DNA from: Paraspadella gotoi
Taxonomy: Eukaryota > Animalia > Chaetognatha
Length of the DNA: 64,000 nt
Direction: 5' to 3'
Assembly: GCA_051294375.1 (NCBI GenBank)
Contig: CM119267.1
Coordinates: 4,505,438 to 4,569,437 of the forward strand
Both the position numbers and the translations under genes were made by a program. Shown here piece by piece: positions 52,216 through 64,000 of the stretch (positions are counted from its first letter, which is position 1; each line of letters starts with the position of its first letter). The notes under the pieces are model-generated. The model did not search any database and had not been told where the DNA came from. It was given only the letters and a program-made list of their open reading frames with translations.

Positions 52216-52698
52216 GGCACTATTTTCTGAAAGCGCCCCATTTCTTTTTCGAAATGTAATTCTAATCCAAATCTTTAACTCGAATATCTTTTCCCATTTA
52301 TTTAACCTAATACTTAACGCTTATTCCTGACAATAATATCTAACCCTAACTTAATCTCTGATACTAAATCGTAATCGCTTATTCACATCCCCGCACCAAA
52401 TCTCTAACCCCTCTAATCTCTAACCCCTCTAATCTCTAACCCATCTAATCTTTAACCCTCTCTAAACTCTTAACCCCTCTAATCTCTAACCCCTCTAATC
52501 CCTCTAATCTCTAACCCCTCTAATCTCTAACCCTCTAATCTCTAACCCCTCTAATCTCTAACCTCTTTAATCTCTAACCCCTCTAATCTCTAACCCCTCT
52601 AATCTCTAACCCCTACACTAATCTTTAAACTTAAAAAAAAGTTACCTAGTTAATTCTAAATTTTAAACCGAAACAAGGAACTTTCGGAAAAAATTGCC
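52216..52698. mobile_element. Related MITE copy containing a 16-bp minisatellite
   Basis: Left end GGCACTATTTTCTGAAAGCGCCCCATTT, right end CTTTCGGAAAAAATTGCC, interior (AATCTCTAACCCCTCT)n at about 52398-52615. No clear TSD. Confidence 0.55.
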
Positions 52699-52905
52699 GA
52701 AACTGTAAATGCGTCCTTGCATCTCCTTAATTTATCTCGAGCAGACAGAAGAAAATAATGAGGAAATTGATGGATTCAGCATGAAACGGAATCGAGTACA
52801 AACGTTCATCGTCTCAATAAACTATTTTCCCGGAGAGAGTTCGGGTCGGGGAAATGGCGACTCGTATAACTCTTTTTTTCTTCCTTAAATTATTTCAGAG
52901 AGAGA

Positions 52906-52937
<32 letters not shown>

Positions 52938-52941
52938 AGAG

Positions 52942-52980
<39 letters not shown>

Positions 52981-53236
52981 TTTTGAATCTATTTTTTGTA
53001 CAGTTTAAGCAGGAAAGCCTTGGGATTTTTTCCCCCTCATTTGCTTTTTTTTTATTTGATCTTCATCTCAATTTTTTTCTGTCTTTCTTTCTGTCTCTTT
53101 CGAATTGTTTCCTTTCTTTATTTCTTTTTATTTGATTTTAATCTTTCTTTTCTTTTTGTTTCTTTTCTATATTTCCTTCATTTTTTTTTGTCGGTTAGGT
53201 CCTATTTTTCTCCATTATTTTTTGCTTCATTGCTTC

Positions 53237-53237
<1 letters not shown>

Positions 53238-53318
<81 letters not shown>

Positions 53319-53325
53319 CTCTTTC
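53238..53325. repeat. (TTTC)n microsatellite
   Basis: Tetranucleotide run. Confidence 0.9.
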
Positions 53326-53521
53326 TATCCTTTTTTCTTTATATTTTGCTCTATTCTTTAAGCTTTTCCGTTAAATTTTTTTCTATTTATTTTTTTTCTT
53401 GGATTTTCTTTTTCATTCCCTTTTTTTAGTGTTCCTCTTTCCCTCTATCTCACACCGACGCACAAACGGGATCAATTTCAGAAAGATGAACTTCGACCAC
53501 TTGTAATTTAATCACTAAACA

Positions 53522-53527
53522 TTTATT
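53522..53527 (-). promoter_or_regulatory. Candidate nidogen polyadenylation signal
   Basis: AATAAA on the minus strand about 345 nt downstream of the stop codon. AT-rich context, so weak evidence. Confidence 0.35.
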
Positions 53528-53869
53528 TCGTACTATTTCATCACCAAAAAAAAGGAAATTTCGGCGAACGATTATATTTACAATACATGTCCGAGTACAA
53601 GACGTAAAAATAAAAATGTTTTTGATTATATACAAATAATACGTTTCGTACAAAAAAAAAGTATTTTGTTCTATCGGATCAGACTGTAGATCATTTATAT
53701 TTACAAGAATAAAAGCAAAAAATAAAGCATGGCAGTGATGAGGTTCGTTCGTTTATATAAAGTAAAATAGATAATAAAACGTAATACCGATGACGCTAAA
53801 TTAAAAAAAAAAAATAAAATAGTTTTGGTTTTAATCCCTACTAACACCTACAATAAACCCGGACGGGGT

Positions 53870-56528
53870 TTAGTCTTCCCTACAATCCGTAGATCCGGTC
53901 GGACATCCGCACTTGACGGACCCGTCCTGTTTGGCGAAGCAAAAATGGCTGCACCCTCCGTTGTTGGCCGCGCACCCGTTGCTTCCCCTCGGGCACCTGT
54001 CCCTCATAAAGGCGATGCCGTACAGGCGCCCGTTTCCTCCCAAAGGCGCGGCCAGTGGCGCCATATTCTCGTCGTCTCCGACCCTGACGCCCTGAACGCC
54101 GCGTTCCTCCCAATCGGTCCAAAATAGGCGCGCCCCCGGCGCCGCTGTGACGGCGAAGGGATAAGCGGCTTCGCTAAAGACGACGCGGCGTCCACCGGCG
54201 TCGTCGGCGTCCACGCATTCGATTCTCTCGAATTTCGCGTCGGCGACGCAGAGTTCGTTGGACTCGTGAAGGACGGCGAGACCGTTGGGAAGACCGAGGC
54301 CGTCGCGAAGAAACACCCGCCGGTTGGCGCCGTCCAAGTCGGCCGCTTCCACTTTGGGCGCCGCTCGATTCCAATCGGACCAAAAGAGGCGCCCATTGGC
54401 GGCGTCGACGACGATGGCGCGAGGATTGACGAGGTCGGTGTCTACGACGACGCGCCGGCCGGAACCGTCCAATCGCGCCACCTCAACGCGATCCAATTGC
54501 GAATCCGTCCAGTAGATGTTGCGGGCGATCCAATCCACTGCCACGCCCTCTGGAGACCCGAGACCCTCGGAGACGATCGTCGAGACGCTCCCGCCGTCGT
54601 AGTCGGCGCGGTGGATGGATTTACCGGAGACGTCGCTCCAGTAGACGAACCTTTCCGAGCAGTCGACGTCGACGCCGATGGCCGTCTGTCCGGGTTTGAT
54701 CAAGAGCTGCTGGCCTCCGTCTTCGCTAGGTCCGGCGGGGATCTTCATCAGACTCATGCCGTGGGCGTAGACCAGATTTCCTCGCGGCGCCGGCGGCCTC
54801 GTCGGCGTCGTTGTCGGCGTCGTCAGCGACGAGCAAGTCCGACCGTCGCCCCTCCACCCGGCGTTGCAGCGGCAGACAAAACCGGCGCCATGGGCGACGC
54901 AGGCGGCGTTGCGATCGCAGGAGGAAGGATTGGCGCGACAGTCGGCTACTACGGGTAAACAGGCGTCGCGTCCGTCTCCTTCAAAGCCTGGCACGCAGCG
55001 GCATTGATGAGCGCCTGTTGATGGATCGAAAAGACAGGCGGCTTGAGGGTGGCAGTCGTCGAGCTCCAAGCAGGAGGTAGGTCGGCGAGGTCGGCAATCG
55101 TGACCGTTGCCGACGTAACCGTCGTTGCACCGGCAGGCGTAAGAGCCAGCCGTGATGTCCAAAATACATTGGGCCTGATCGTGACATATGTTGGCTTCGC
55201 GGCAGGAGAGTAAGCTACAGGTGTAGCCGTCGCCATGGTAACCCTGCTTGCACCTGCATTGATAGTTGCGAGTTTCGTCGAGGACGCAGTCGGCGTTTAA
55301 GTCGCAATTGTTCGCCACGTCGCAGGTGTATCGGGTGCCGATGGGTCGGCAGACTCGTCCGTCTCCTTCGTAGCCATAGTTGCATCGGCACCGGAATCCG
55401 GCTTCATCGGCGTCGTAGAGGCACTGGGCGTTGGCGTCGCAGTTTCTCAGAGTCGAGCAATCGGCGCCGGACGGAGAGCAAGTCTGTCCGTCGCCGGAGA
55501 ATCCTTCTCGACATTGGCACCGCGGGGCGCCGCTTGTCTCATCCGCGTCGCAATCCGCATCGGCGTGGCAAACGAGGTCGGCGCAGGTGGCGCGACGACA
55601 GACGAATCCGTTGCCAACGAATCCAGGGCCGCATTCGCAGCGCGGTTCTCCCAACGCGCTCTCGACGCAACGAGCGTTAACGTCGCATCGCATCTCGTTG
55701 CAGGTGCGGCGCTGAGACCGGCATCTGATCCCGTCGCCGACGAAGCCTTCTTTACAGATGCAGCGCGGAAGGGCGGCCTCCTGACCGGGAATCTGTTGCA
55801 CGATGCATCTGGCGTTCTCGTCGCATTCAAGCTCTTGACACGAAGCCTGCATCGCCTCGCAAAAGGGACGCCCTTCGCTGTTGTAGTTGCACCTGGTGCC
55901 GGCCGGGCATTGGAGCGCCTCGCACGTCCGCGGCGTCGTTTCCGGACGGCAGGTGACGCCGTCGCCGACGTATCCGCGATGGCAGCGGCATTCTCCGCCG
56001 CCGCGTCCGTCTTCGACGCACGCGGCGTTCTGACCGCAAGCCACGCCTTCGCAACCTCGGCCGCCATCTTCCGCTCGACAAAATTGCCCGTCGCCGACAA
56101 ATCCTGGCCGACAGACGCAAACTGGTCGTCGGTCGGCGTCGTAGCGACACTGGGCTTCGGCGTGGCAGCGGAGGGCTTCGCAGTCGTCGCCGCTACCGTC
56201 GCCGCCGCCGCCGCTATCATCCCGCCGACATCCGCCCCGGCTGCCGTCCCCGACGAATCCCGGCAAACACTCGCAGACCGGCTCGCCGCTTTTCCGGTCG
56301 TAGACGCAGCGGCCTTTGATCGGGTCGCAGTCCAGATCGCGACAAGTGGACGAGGGCGTGCAAGAGACGCGACCGTCGCCCCGGAACCCGACTTTGCACT
56401 GACAGAGGAAGGAACCTTCGGTGTTGACGCAGTCGGCGTTTTGATGACAATCGTCGATGTCGTTGATGCATTCGTCCGTGTCTTGGCAATAGGTTCCGTC
56501 GCCTTCGTAGCCCACGTTGCAGGCGCAC
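53870..56528 (-). CDS. Nid: Nidogen exon 4 (EGF-repeat rod, G3 YWTD beta-propeller, terminal EGF, stop)
   Basis: Acceptor CCACCAG|G completes an Arg codon in phase with exon 3. Tandem EGF repeats (C.C..G(F/Y).G(D/N)G..C), YWSD/YWTD/FWSD/FWTD propeller repeats, final EGF CAANNGGCSHFC, TAA at 53870-53872. Confidence 0.95.
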
Positions 56529-57158
56529 CTGGTGGAGGGGAATGGAAAATTGATTGCTCTTTTATTTTTTTCTGTTTGGATTTTATNNNNNNNNNNTTTG
56601 GATTTTATTTCACGGAATTTGTGTTTTTCTTTTGTTTTGTTTTGTCATTATAAAAAGTCAGTTTACGTTTTGGGTTAAGTTTTTTTCGAAAGAGCGTTTC
56701 TTTTTTGTTTTAACTTTTTTTTTAATAAACATTTTTTAACAAAACCCAAAAAAAAATCCGATTGGCTTTAAAAGACAAATAGGACGGATGTTGAAAGAGG
56801 ATTGTACTGAGAAAGTGGTTTTTCGTTAGCGACGAAATCCAGACATACGGCCAGACAGACAAACAAAAATCTGAGACAATTTTAAAAAGAATAAAAAGTA
56901 AAGAAAACAAAAAAGAGTTCAACTTCAAGGAAAGAAAGAAAGAAAAAAAAAAGAAACAAAGATAGATAAAAAAAAATAAAGAAAGATAGAAAGAAAGAAA
57001 AAAATATTATTTTACTTTAAGAATTATCAACTCGTATTCAAATTTTGAATGATAGAACTTAACGAAACTAAAAAACGACGTTGACCTATTTATTAATTTA
57101 TAAACAAACTTATAATCTTAAAAACCGCCTTCCCCCTTCCGCCCCCCTTCCTTCAAAC

Positions 57159-58357
57159 CTGTAACTATCTCCCTCCGGAATGCAAGTGGACGAGGTGCTG
57201 CACTTGTTATCGGCGCAGGCGTCGACTCCCTTATTGGGCGCCGCCGAGCTCGTCATGGCGTAGCGGACGATGTTCTCGTTGGCGTCGTAGACGACAAAGT
57301 TCCTCGAGACCGACACTCTCGTCTCGGCCTTGTCGGCCGGAGTCAAACCCTTGGCGCACTCGTCGTACTCGATCGTCTGATTCCACACGTACTTGTACGC
57401 GTTGTCGCCGACTCTGTACGTCCGCGTCGACGTGGACAACAACTTCCCCGACGAGAGTCGTCGATAAACTTCGTGATAATCGTCGACGGAGAATTTCTCT
57501 CCCGCCGAGAAGTGATCGGGAATCTTCCCGTTGATCTCCGTGTCCATTCTGAGCTGATTGAAGACGTCCGATCCGTGGAATCTCTGACGAATCCGCACGA
57601 CGGCGTACTCGGGCAAGAAGAGCACCGTCGCCGTCCGGTTGAAGGCGCCGCCCGTGAGGCCGTATCCGTTGACGGCGCCGTCCTCTGCGACGGCGAAGAG
57701 CCAACCAATGACGCCGCCCAGAGTCGAGAGAGTCTGCAGATGGAATCCGATGTCCGGTCCGATGCGACTGATGGCCGTGTAGGCGCGCCCATCGCTCGTC
57801 ACGACGTAGGAATGAAGATCGACTCGATCGATCGTCTTTCCGTTCACTTTGCCAGAGACTTTCCCGTTGACTCGTTGAGGAGCGCCGCGTTCGACGCAGT
57901 TCCGCCCGTTGCCGAAGAAAGGCTCCTGGCAGCGACAGCAGAAACCGGGATTGTAGTCAACGCAGCGGGCGTTGGTGTGGCAGACGTCGGACGGAGCTTC
58001 TCGACAGCTGCCGGATTCCGGCGACACTCGGGCGCCGCCGCCGAGGGATCCGGAGCCGCCGGCGCTTTCGACGCCGCGGACTTCCATGCCTCGATTGTGG
58101 GAGAGATGGAATAACCATCGCCCGGGTTGGCCAAAGTTGGAATTCTTCTCCAGCTCGACGACGCGAGGATAACCAGAGTTGGGCAAGGTGAAGAGCCGAC
58201 CGGGTCCTGATCCGGGGCCCGAATTGAAGCCCGCTTGGGCGGGGGCGTCTTCCTCGCCCGCCACCACGCTCTTCCCGTCGCCGCGGAACCAACGAAGTTC
58301 GTTGTCGGCGTAATGGAAGATGGCGAACGTGTCGGTGCCGTCGGAGATAAGAGCCAC
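57159..58357 (-). CDS. Nid: Nidogen exon 3 (end of NIDO, EGF, G2F domain, start of first rod EGF)
   Basis: Acceptor CCCAAAG|GTG. Translation VALISDGTDTFAIFHY...AQAGF...GRWLF (NIDO), EGF CHTNARCVDYNPGFCCRC, then G2F PQRVNGKVSG...LHSYVVTSDGRAYTAISRI...IGWLFA...IVRYAM. Donor AG|GTTTGA at 57158, phase 2. Confidence 0.93.
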
Positions 58358-58402
58358 CTTTGGGGACGAAGAAGAAACAAATGTGCAATGAGCAAGTTTT
58401 AT

Positions 58403-58404
58403 TA

Positions 58405-58488
<84 letters not shown>
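58403..58488. repeat. (ATT)n microsatellite in nidogen intron 2
   Basis: Perfect trinucleotide run; it explains the poly-N prefix of the 57110-58540 ORF. Confidence 0.95.
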
Positions 58489-58820
58489 CTTTCCAAATAT
58501 TCATACTAAAACTTTCCACACATGTACACTCTTTAAACAAATATTCTTTCCTTCCCTGTCCAAATTTTTTTCACTTTTTCTTCCAATTTTTTCGTTAATA
58601 ACTTTTAACATTTTTTAAAATATCATTTATCAAAAAGAGTAATCAGCTTTCCATTTTTCTTCGCTGCAACCATCATCTCTAAATTAGTTTGTTTTCCTCA
58701 GTTTCAATCAAGTAAAAAAAAAAAAAACTATTTCTTCTCCAAAGAAAACTCCGTATTTAACAGCATCGAATGCCCCCAAAACGACGGCATTTTATCCTCC
58801 CCAACCACCCAGAGACTTAC

Positions 58821-59035
58821 TTGGAAAGTGTTTACGCGATCTGTTTTGGCGCGAAAGTATCCGACGCGATCCCACGTGGCGAGGAAGACGGCCGTGGCGC
58901 GAAAGTCGCTCGCGTCTGGGAAATGATCGACGACGTCTTTGGTGACGGCCGCCAGGAGCGCCGAATCCGTCGTCTGCCGATAGGTGACGCTTCCGGTTCG
59001 CGAGTGTCCACGTCGCACATGAATGGCGCGATGAT
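58821..59035 (-). CDS. Nid: Nidogen exon 2 (NIDO domain), with a 1-nt frameshift near 58999-59000
   Basis: Acceptor AAAAG|ATC gives IIAPFMCDVDTR, then the adjacent frame gives TGSVTYRQTTD...FLATWDRVGYF...VNTFQ. Donor CAA|GTAAGT at 58820. The exon is 215 nt between two phase-0 sites, one base short of a multiple of 3. Confidence 0.88.
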
Positions 59036-59934
59036 CTTTTGGTGGGGGGGGGGTGGGGAGGAAGAGAGACGCGGGATTGCGTGAATGGAATAATGTTTAG
59101 AAAAATAGATGGTTTATTTAAAAAAAAAAGTAAGACATTAAATAGGGAAGGAATGTCTTTAAATTTAATAGATGAATGGTAAAATGATTAAAGAATTCAA
59201 TTATTTTTCTGTACATTTTTTGGTATCGTTTCTTTTTTTTTCGCATCCAAGTTATAAACTTAAAACTATTAAACGTAAAGAGGAAAAATGGTAATATGGT
59301 TTAACTTTACTCGGTTTTTATTTTTTCTATTCAAGTTATGAATTTTCAAAAGTTAGAAATTTCGGGACCGGAAGTTGAGAGTAATGGACACTGGAAAATA
59401 GTAATAGCGTTAAAGGGCCTTCTGAGGAAACGTCCAACCGAATTTAATGATTTAACAAGATTAGTTCCGGTTATGATTTTTTTTAGTATTTTATTTTTAG
59501 GTTTTTTTTTTTCTTCTTTTTTTGCCTTTCGTCCGATATTTCGGGTTGTTTTCGGTGTCCATTTCAAAACAAAGCAAAACAGAGATCGATCAAACCTTAA
59601 AGCTTACATCCGATTTTCTTCTTTTTTTTCAGTTTTTAAATTTTTTAAAGAAACTGGATCCGGCACATTAATCAGGAAAAAAAGAGGAAATATTGATCGT
59701 GGATATAAGAGAAGGGAAGTAAAGTTGTGACCATTAATAACGATCGTATTCGATCGTGCGAAAGGGGAAAGAAATGATCTGAAAAGTTATAGTGAGTACG
59801 TGATTATTAATCAGAGATGTGGGTAGATGTGGGTAGATGTGGTTAGAGGGATGTGGTAGGAGGATTTATAGAAATGATATCGGAACAGAAAGAGAAATAT
59901 TCATGAGGAAAAATATGTAGGATCTTTCTTAAAC

Positions 59935-60008
<74 letters not shown>

Positions 60009-60049
60009 TTCTTCTCTCTCTCTCTCTCTCTCTCCCCCCCCACAGCCAC

Positions 60050-60733
60050 CTGGTACTGATTGGGAAAGTTGAGGTCTGGCGCGAAGTTCGGAATCTCCGT
60101 TTCGAAGGAAAGATGTCCGTTGTTGTTGACGAATACGGAGGTGAATCGGTTGCCGAAAAACGTGACGGGGACCGAGAGAGGAAATTCGTCGGAACTAGAG
60201 TCGTCGACGGTCGGAAGCGTGACGTCGCCGGCGTGGGCGCCGAACGGGAAAAAGTCCGCGCGCGAGATGGCGCTCGTAGGGGGCGGAAGAAGCAGCAGCA
60301 GCGTCGCGGGGAGGAGGAGGAGGAGGTGGAAGAGGAAGAGCGGCGATGGGCGTGGCGTCCGACGTCGGGAGGCGGGCCGGATGGAGGGACGTAGAGGGCG
60401 CTTCGACGCCGGATCGAGGTAGAGTTCGTTGGAGGTGGAGGAGGAGAAGGAGAAGGAAGGGGAGGAAGGGGAGGAGGAGGAGGAAGGGCAAGAGGAGAGC
60501 GTCGAGACGCTGGGCAATATCGTCGGGGTCATCGTCGATAACGTCGACGACGACGACGACGACGAAGGGCGATAAGCGCTCTTGACGCCGGAATTCGACG
60601 ATGAACCTGAAGTTGTCGCCCGAGAGAACGAACCGGCGTCTTTGGCGGCGGCGGCGGCGTCGGCGGCGGCGAAGGCTGCGTCGCCCTTTCTTTCAGTCCA
60701 TCCCCTTTGCAAAGGAGGCGCGCCGGTCATCAT
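60050..60733 (-). CDS. Nid: Nidogen/entactin exon 1 (long leader, signal peptide, start of NIDO domain)
   Basis: ORF has a hydrophobic stretch LFLFHLLLLLPATLLLLL-PPPTSA, then ISRADFFPFG..DDSSSDEF.LSVPVTFFG..FTSVFVNNNGHLSF, the typical NIDO-region start. Donor CAG|GTGGCT at 60049, phase 0. Start codon uncertain (60733 or 60532). Confidence 0.85.
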
Positions 60734-60814
60734 TCGAAAATCTTTTTTTTTTTTCTTTTCTTTTCTCGTTTTAGATTCGCTCGTCTAAAAAAATTTATAG
60801 AATTAAAAAAATTA

Positions 60815-60953
60815 AAGATTTCGACACGTCTCCCTATTTAAAGATTTAAAGATTTAAAGATTTAAAGATTTAAAGATTTAAAGATTTAAAGATTTAAAGA
60901 TTTAAAGATTTAAAGATTTAAAGATTTAAAGATTTCGACACGTCTCCCTATTT
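60815..60953. repeat. (AAGATTTA)n tandem array bracketed by a duplicated AAGATTTCGACACGTCTCCCTATTT
   Basis: About 11 perfect 8-bp units between two copies of a 25-bp sequence, about 80 bp upstream of the nidogen ORF. Confidence 0.9.
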
Positions 60954-61779
60954 TTTCTTTATTTTTCATCAACATCCCATTTCAGACATTTTTTTTTCAT
61001 CCGTATTTCAATCTTCTTTTTTTTCAATTTTTTTGTGTTTTTTTAAATTTCCCCTCAAAATCGGAATTTTAACTTTCCCACGAAGTTTCAGTTCGAGTCC
61101 TCTCTCTCGGTCTGGGCTTTTGATTTTTTTTCTTCTCTTATTCAACGTCCTCCTTGTTATGCGAACAATGTCATAAAAGTTAAATTAAAACTCCTAAATT
61201 ATAAATATATAGCTTTTTTTTTGAAGGATTCGGGCGATGTTGACAAATGAACGGATCACACGATATGGTTATTGTAAAAAAAAAATTTTGGTTTAATAAT
61301 CTAAACGCCCGCGGATAACTTTTCGTGATGGACAGTTGTTAATCGGCCTGATGAAATAAAAAAACATTTATTTTTTTGTGAATAGTAATTTCGTTATCAG
61401 TAACTTTGGTCTTCAAAGGGATGAACGAGAAAAAATTGAAAACTGATTTGTTTGTATAGGATCTGTTAAGGAAAAAAAAGAGATTAAAAAAAAAAGGGAA
61501 AACTAAAAAATAAAAAAATATCGGAGCTTACGCCGAGGAAAAATTAAGAACATACAAAAAGTAGTGGAAAACTTAATCAAAAAGTTAAAATTTTTTTCCT
61601 TTTATTTATTTACGCTCGGCGTCGCGATGAGAATAAGGGAAACGATTTAAAATACATTTGATTTTAATTAATACTTCCTCGAAATAGATTAGTTTTGTCG
61701 GCAATAAAAATATTAATGTAATTCGCAACAAAATAAAAAGATCAGTTTGAAGATTCACCCCAGTGCATCTTTTAAATTT

Positions 61780-62151
61780 GGCCATATTTTTCAAAAGCGC
61801 CCCATTTCAGCCTTTGTTCAGAATTAGATAGATTTTTTTTTAATTTAAAGATAATGTTAAAGGTTATAGATAAGGGTTAGGTTAGGGATTTGGGTAAAGG
61901 GTTAGATTATAGATTTATTAACAGATTTGGTTAAAGATTAGGATTCAAGGCTAAGAGATAAAGTGAGAGATTTGTCTTAAAAATTAAGAATTAAAGTTAT
62001 ATATTAGATTTGGGTTAATTAAGAATAAAAGCTAGGTATTAAGGTTAAGGATTAAGTATTTAATAAAAAATTAAAGTTAAATAAAATAAATAAAATAAAA
62101 TTAAATTCAGGGTTTATGAACAGAAAAGGGACGCTTTCGAAAAATACTGCC
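61780..62151. mobile_element. MITE with ~28-bp GG-initiated TIRs and 8-bp TSD (Merlin- or hAT-like)
   Basis: Left end GGCCATATTTTTCAAAAGCGCCCCATTT versus the reverse complement of the right end GGCAGTATTTTTCGAAAGCGTCCCTTTT. TTAAATTT flanks both sides (61772-61779, 62152-62159). Interior of degenerate GGTTAG repeats. Confidence 0.7.
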
Positions 62152-62419
62152 TTAAATTTTTTTCTCTCTTCGATGATAACAATGTACCGGGTGATTGAAA
62201 GGAGGCGACATCATTTATTTTTCTGATTATTTGCAAAGGATTTATTGTTTGTTGATTCAACGAATTTTAAATTTTTTTCACACTTTTTTTCGAGCTAATT
62301 TGGTTTAATTTCAGGACTAAAATAAACGATTATGATTGGAAAATGAAAACTAGAAAATATTTTTTTTTCATTTTTTTTTAAATTTTGGTGGTTGTCTTTG
62401 TGTGTGAAGAAGAATTTGT

Positions 62420-62432
62420 GAGAGAGAGAGAG

Positions 62433-62475
<43 letters not shown>

Positions 62476-62622
62476 AGAGAAGAGAGAGAGAAGAGAGAGA
62501 GAATTCGATGAGAAACCGAAGACATAATTTTGATTCTTTTGTTCGTCCAAAAAAAAAAAGAAACCAACTTCTCAAATGTTGCTATCCAGTGAAAAATGAG
62601 GGGATGAGTTTATCCCAAAGAG

Positions 62623-62659
<37 letters not shown>

Positions 62660-62823
62660 CATGGGGGAGGTTGAAAAGAGGTGGCGGGCCAATGAAAAAG
62701 GAAGAGGAAGCAGAAAAAAAAAGAGTTTATTAAAAATCTGAGTCAATTATTTCCAGGCCTCCTTTAGAACGTGAAACTTCCTTGAGGATAAGAGAGAGAG
62801 AGGAGAGGAGGAGAGAGAGAGAG

Positions 62824-62868
<45 letters not shown>

Positions 62869-63129
62869 GAGAGACGATCGGGGCTCGAGGCCTTTCAGAG
62901 GGCATTCCACCCTTCTTTATCCAGAGAACATAATTTTTTGCCCGGAAAGAAGGAGGAGGAGGAAGAGGAAGAGGAAAATAGAAGGAGACCAGGAAGAGGA
63001 AGAGGAAAATAAGAGGGGGAGAGGAGGAGGAAAAAAAGAATAGGAAGAGACCTAAAAGAGAGAAAAAAATTGGGGCGGGGGAAGGGAGGGGAGGAGGGGA
63101 GGGGGCAGTGAGAAATGCAGGGTTGGAAT

Positions 63130-63163
<34 letters not shown>

Positions 63164-63534
63164 CGAGAGAGAGAGAGAAGGAGAGAAGAGGGAGAAGCGA
63201 TTGCAGGGGGAAGTAAATGAAGAACCAATGAAGTCGATGGTTCGGCAATCGCAAACGGGAGAGAGGGAGAGAGAGAGAAGAGAGAGGAAAGGGAGAGAGA
63301 GAAAGAGAGAAGAGAGAGAGAGATGAGAGAGAGGGGGAGTAGATCCGGCAAAAAAAAAACGTAACGTGCAGGGTTAAGATCGAATGATGGAGGAGGGAGA
63401 GGAGGAGAGAGAAAGAGGAGGGAGGAGGAGGAAGAGGGTTAGAGGGAGGAGAAAAGGAGTGAGAGAGCGGAAGGATTAGTGAGAAGGATGAGCTGGGATA
63501 TTGAGGAGAGAGGAGGAAGGGAGAGGAGAAAGAA

Positions 63535-63566
<32 letters not shown>

Positions 63567-63640
63567 TGAGAGGAGAGAGAGAGAGAGAGATGAGAAGAGA
63601 GAGAGGGAATGACAGAGAGAGAGAGAGAAGAGAGAGAAGA
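62420..63640. repeat. GA-rich microsatellite / polypurine region
   Basis: Multiple (GA)n tracts. Similar (GA)n/(CT)n tracts lie near 1.6-1.95, 7.5, 10.4-11.0, 17.3, 18.2, 50.6, 52.9 and 59.9 kb. Confidence 0.9.
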
Positions 63641-64000
63641 TCTTCTCTCTTTTTNNNNNNNNNNNNNNNNNNNNNNNNNNNNNNNNNNNNAAGATAGGAA
63701 CAAAATAAGTAGGTTTTATGACAATGACAATAAGTAGGTTTTATGACAATGACAAAAACTATCACCGAATCGATATTTAAAAACAACGACGACCACGCAA
63801 CAGAAAAAAAACATGAACTTGAGGTGAAAATCTTCACGATTCGAAGTGAACTGCTTCGACTCGATCCTCGTTGTGTGAGCCTCGTCAATTCACAAAATAC
63901 ATCGATGACTGCGGCGACGACGACAATGAAGACGATGAAGATATTGACAATGACGAAAATGATGACAATGACAAAATGATGACAATGATGAAAACGATGA

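Noticed and set aside
52398-52615. Possible interstitial telomere
   Set aside because: The unit is a 16-mer, not a pure 5- or 6-mer telomeric repeat, and it lies inside a MITE-like element.
53825-58395. Overlapping plus-strand and alternate-frame ORFs over nidogen (e.g. 55514-56653, 54266-54958, 57473-58114)
   Set aside because: Shadow ORFs of a GC-rich coding sequence.

Overview
Draft-assembly window from an invertebrate animal genome: spliceosomal GT-AG introns, an AT-rich background, abundant (GA)n/(ACG)n microsatellites, many N gaps, and stretches of indel-rich sequence that look unpolished. The firm call is a four-exon nidogen/entactin gene on the minus strand (60733-53870; NIDO-EGF-G2F-EGF rod-YWTD propeller-EGF), with a one-base frameshift in exon 2 and an unusually long leader before its signal peptide. 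On the plus strand, 8.6-17.1 kb is a cluster of unrecognised secreted-protein genes. The first is a single signal-peptide exon followed by two paralogous, same-phase terminal exons, each encoding an 8-Cys (CxxxC)4 mini-protein; one carries RGD and the other EGD at the same loop position. The second is a five-exon gene (signal peptide, Thr-rich mucin-like stalk, Cys-containing domain) with a paralogous signal exon upstream. A fragmented, divergent class-A-like GPCR gene spans about 18.8-47.5 kb (+). One of its introns holds a ~11 kb inverted, error-rich copy of upstream sequence, most likely a long-read gap-fill artefact. Repeats include Helentron/HINE-like elements, a GG-TIR MITE with an 8-bp TSD, and several mini- and microsatellites. 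All calls come from reading the sequence by eye; no database search was run.
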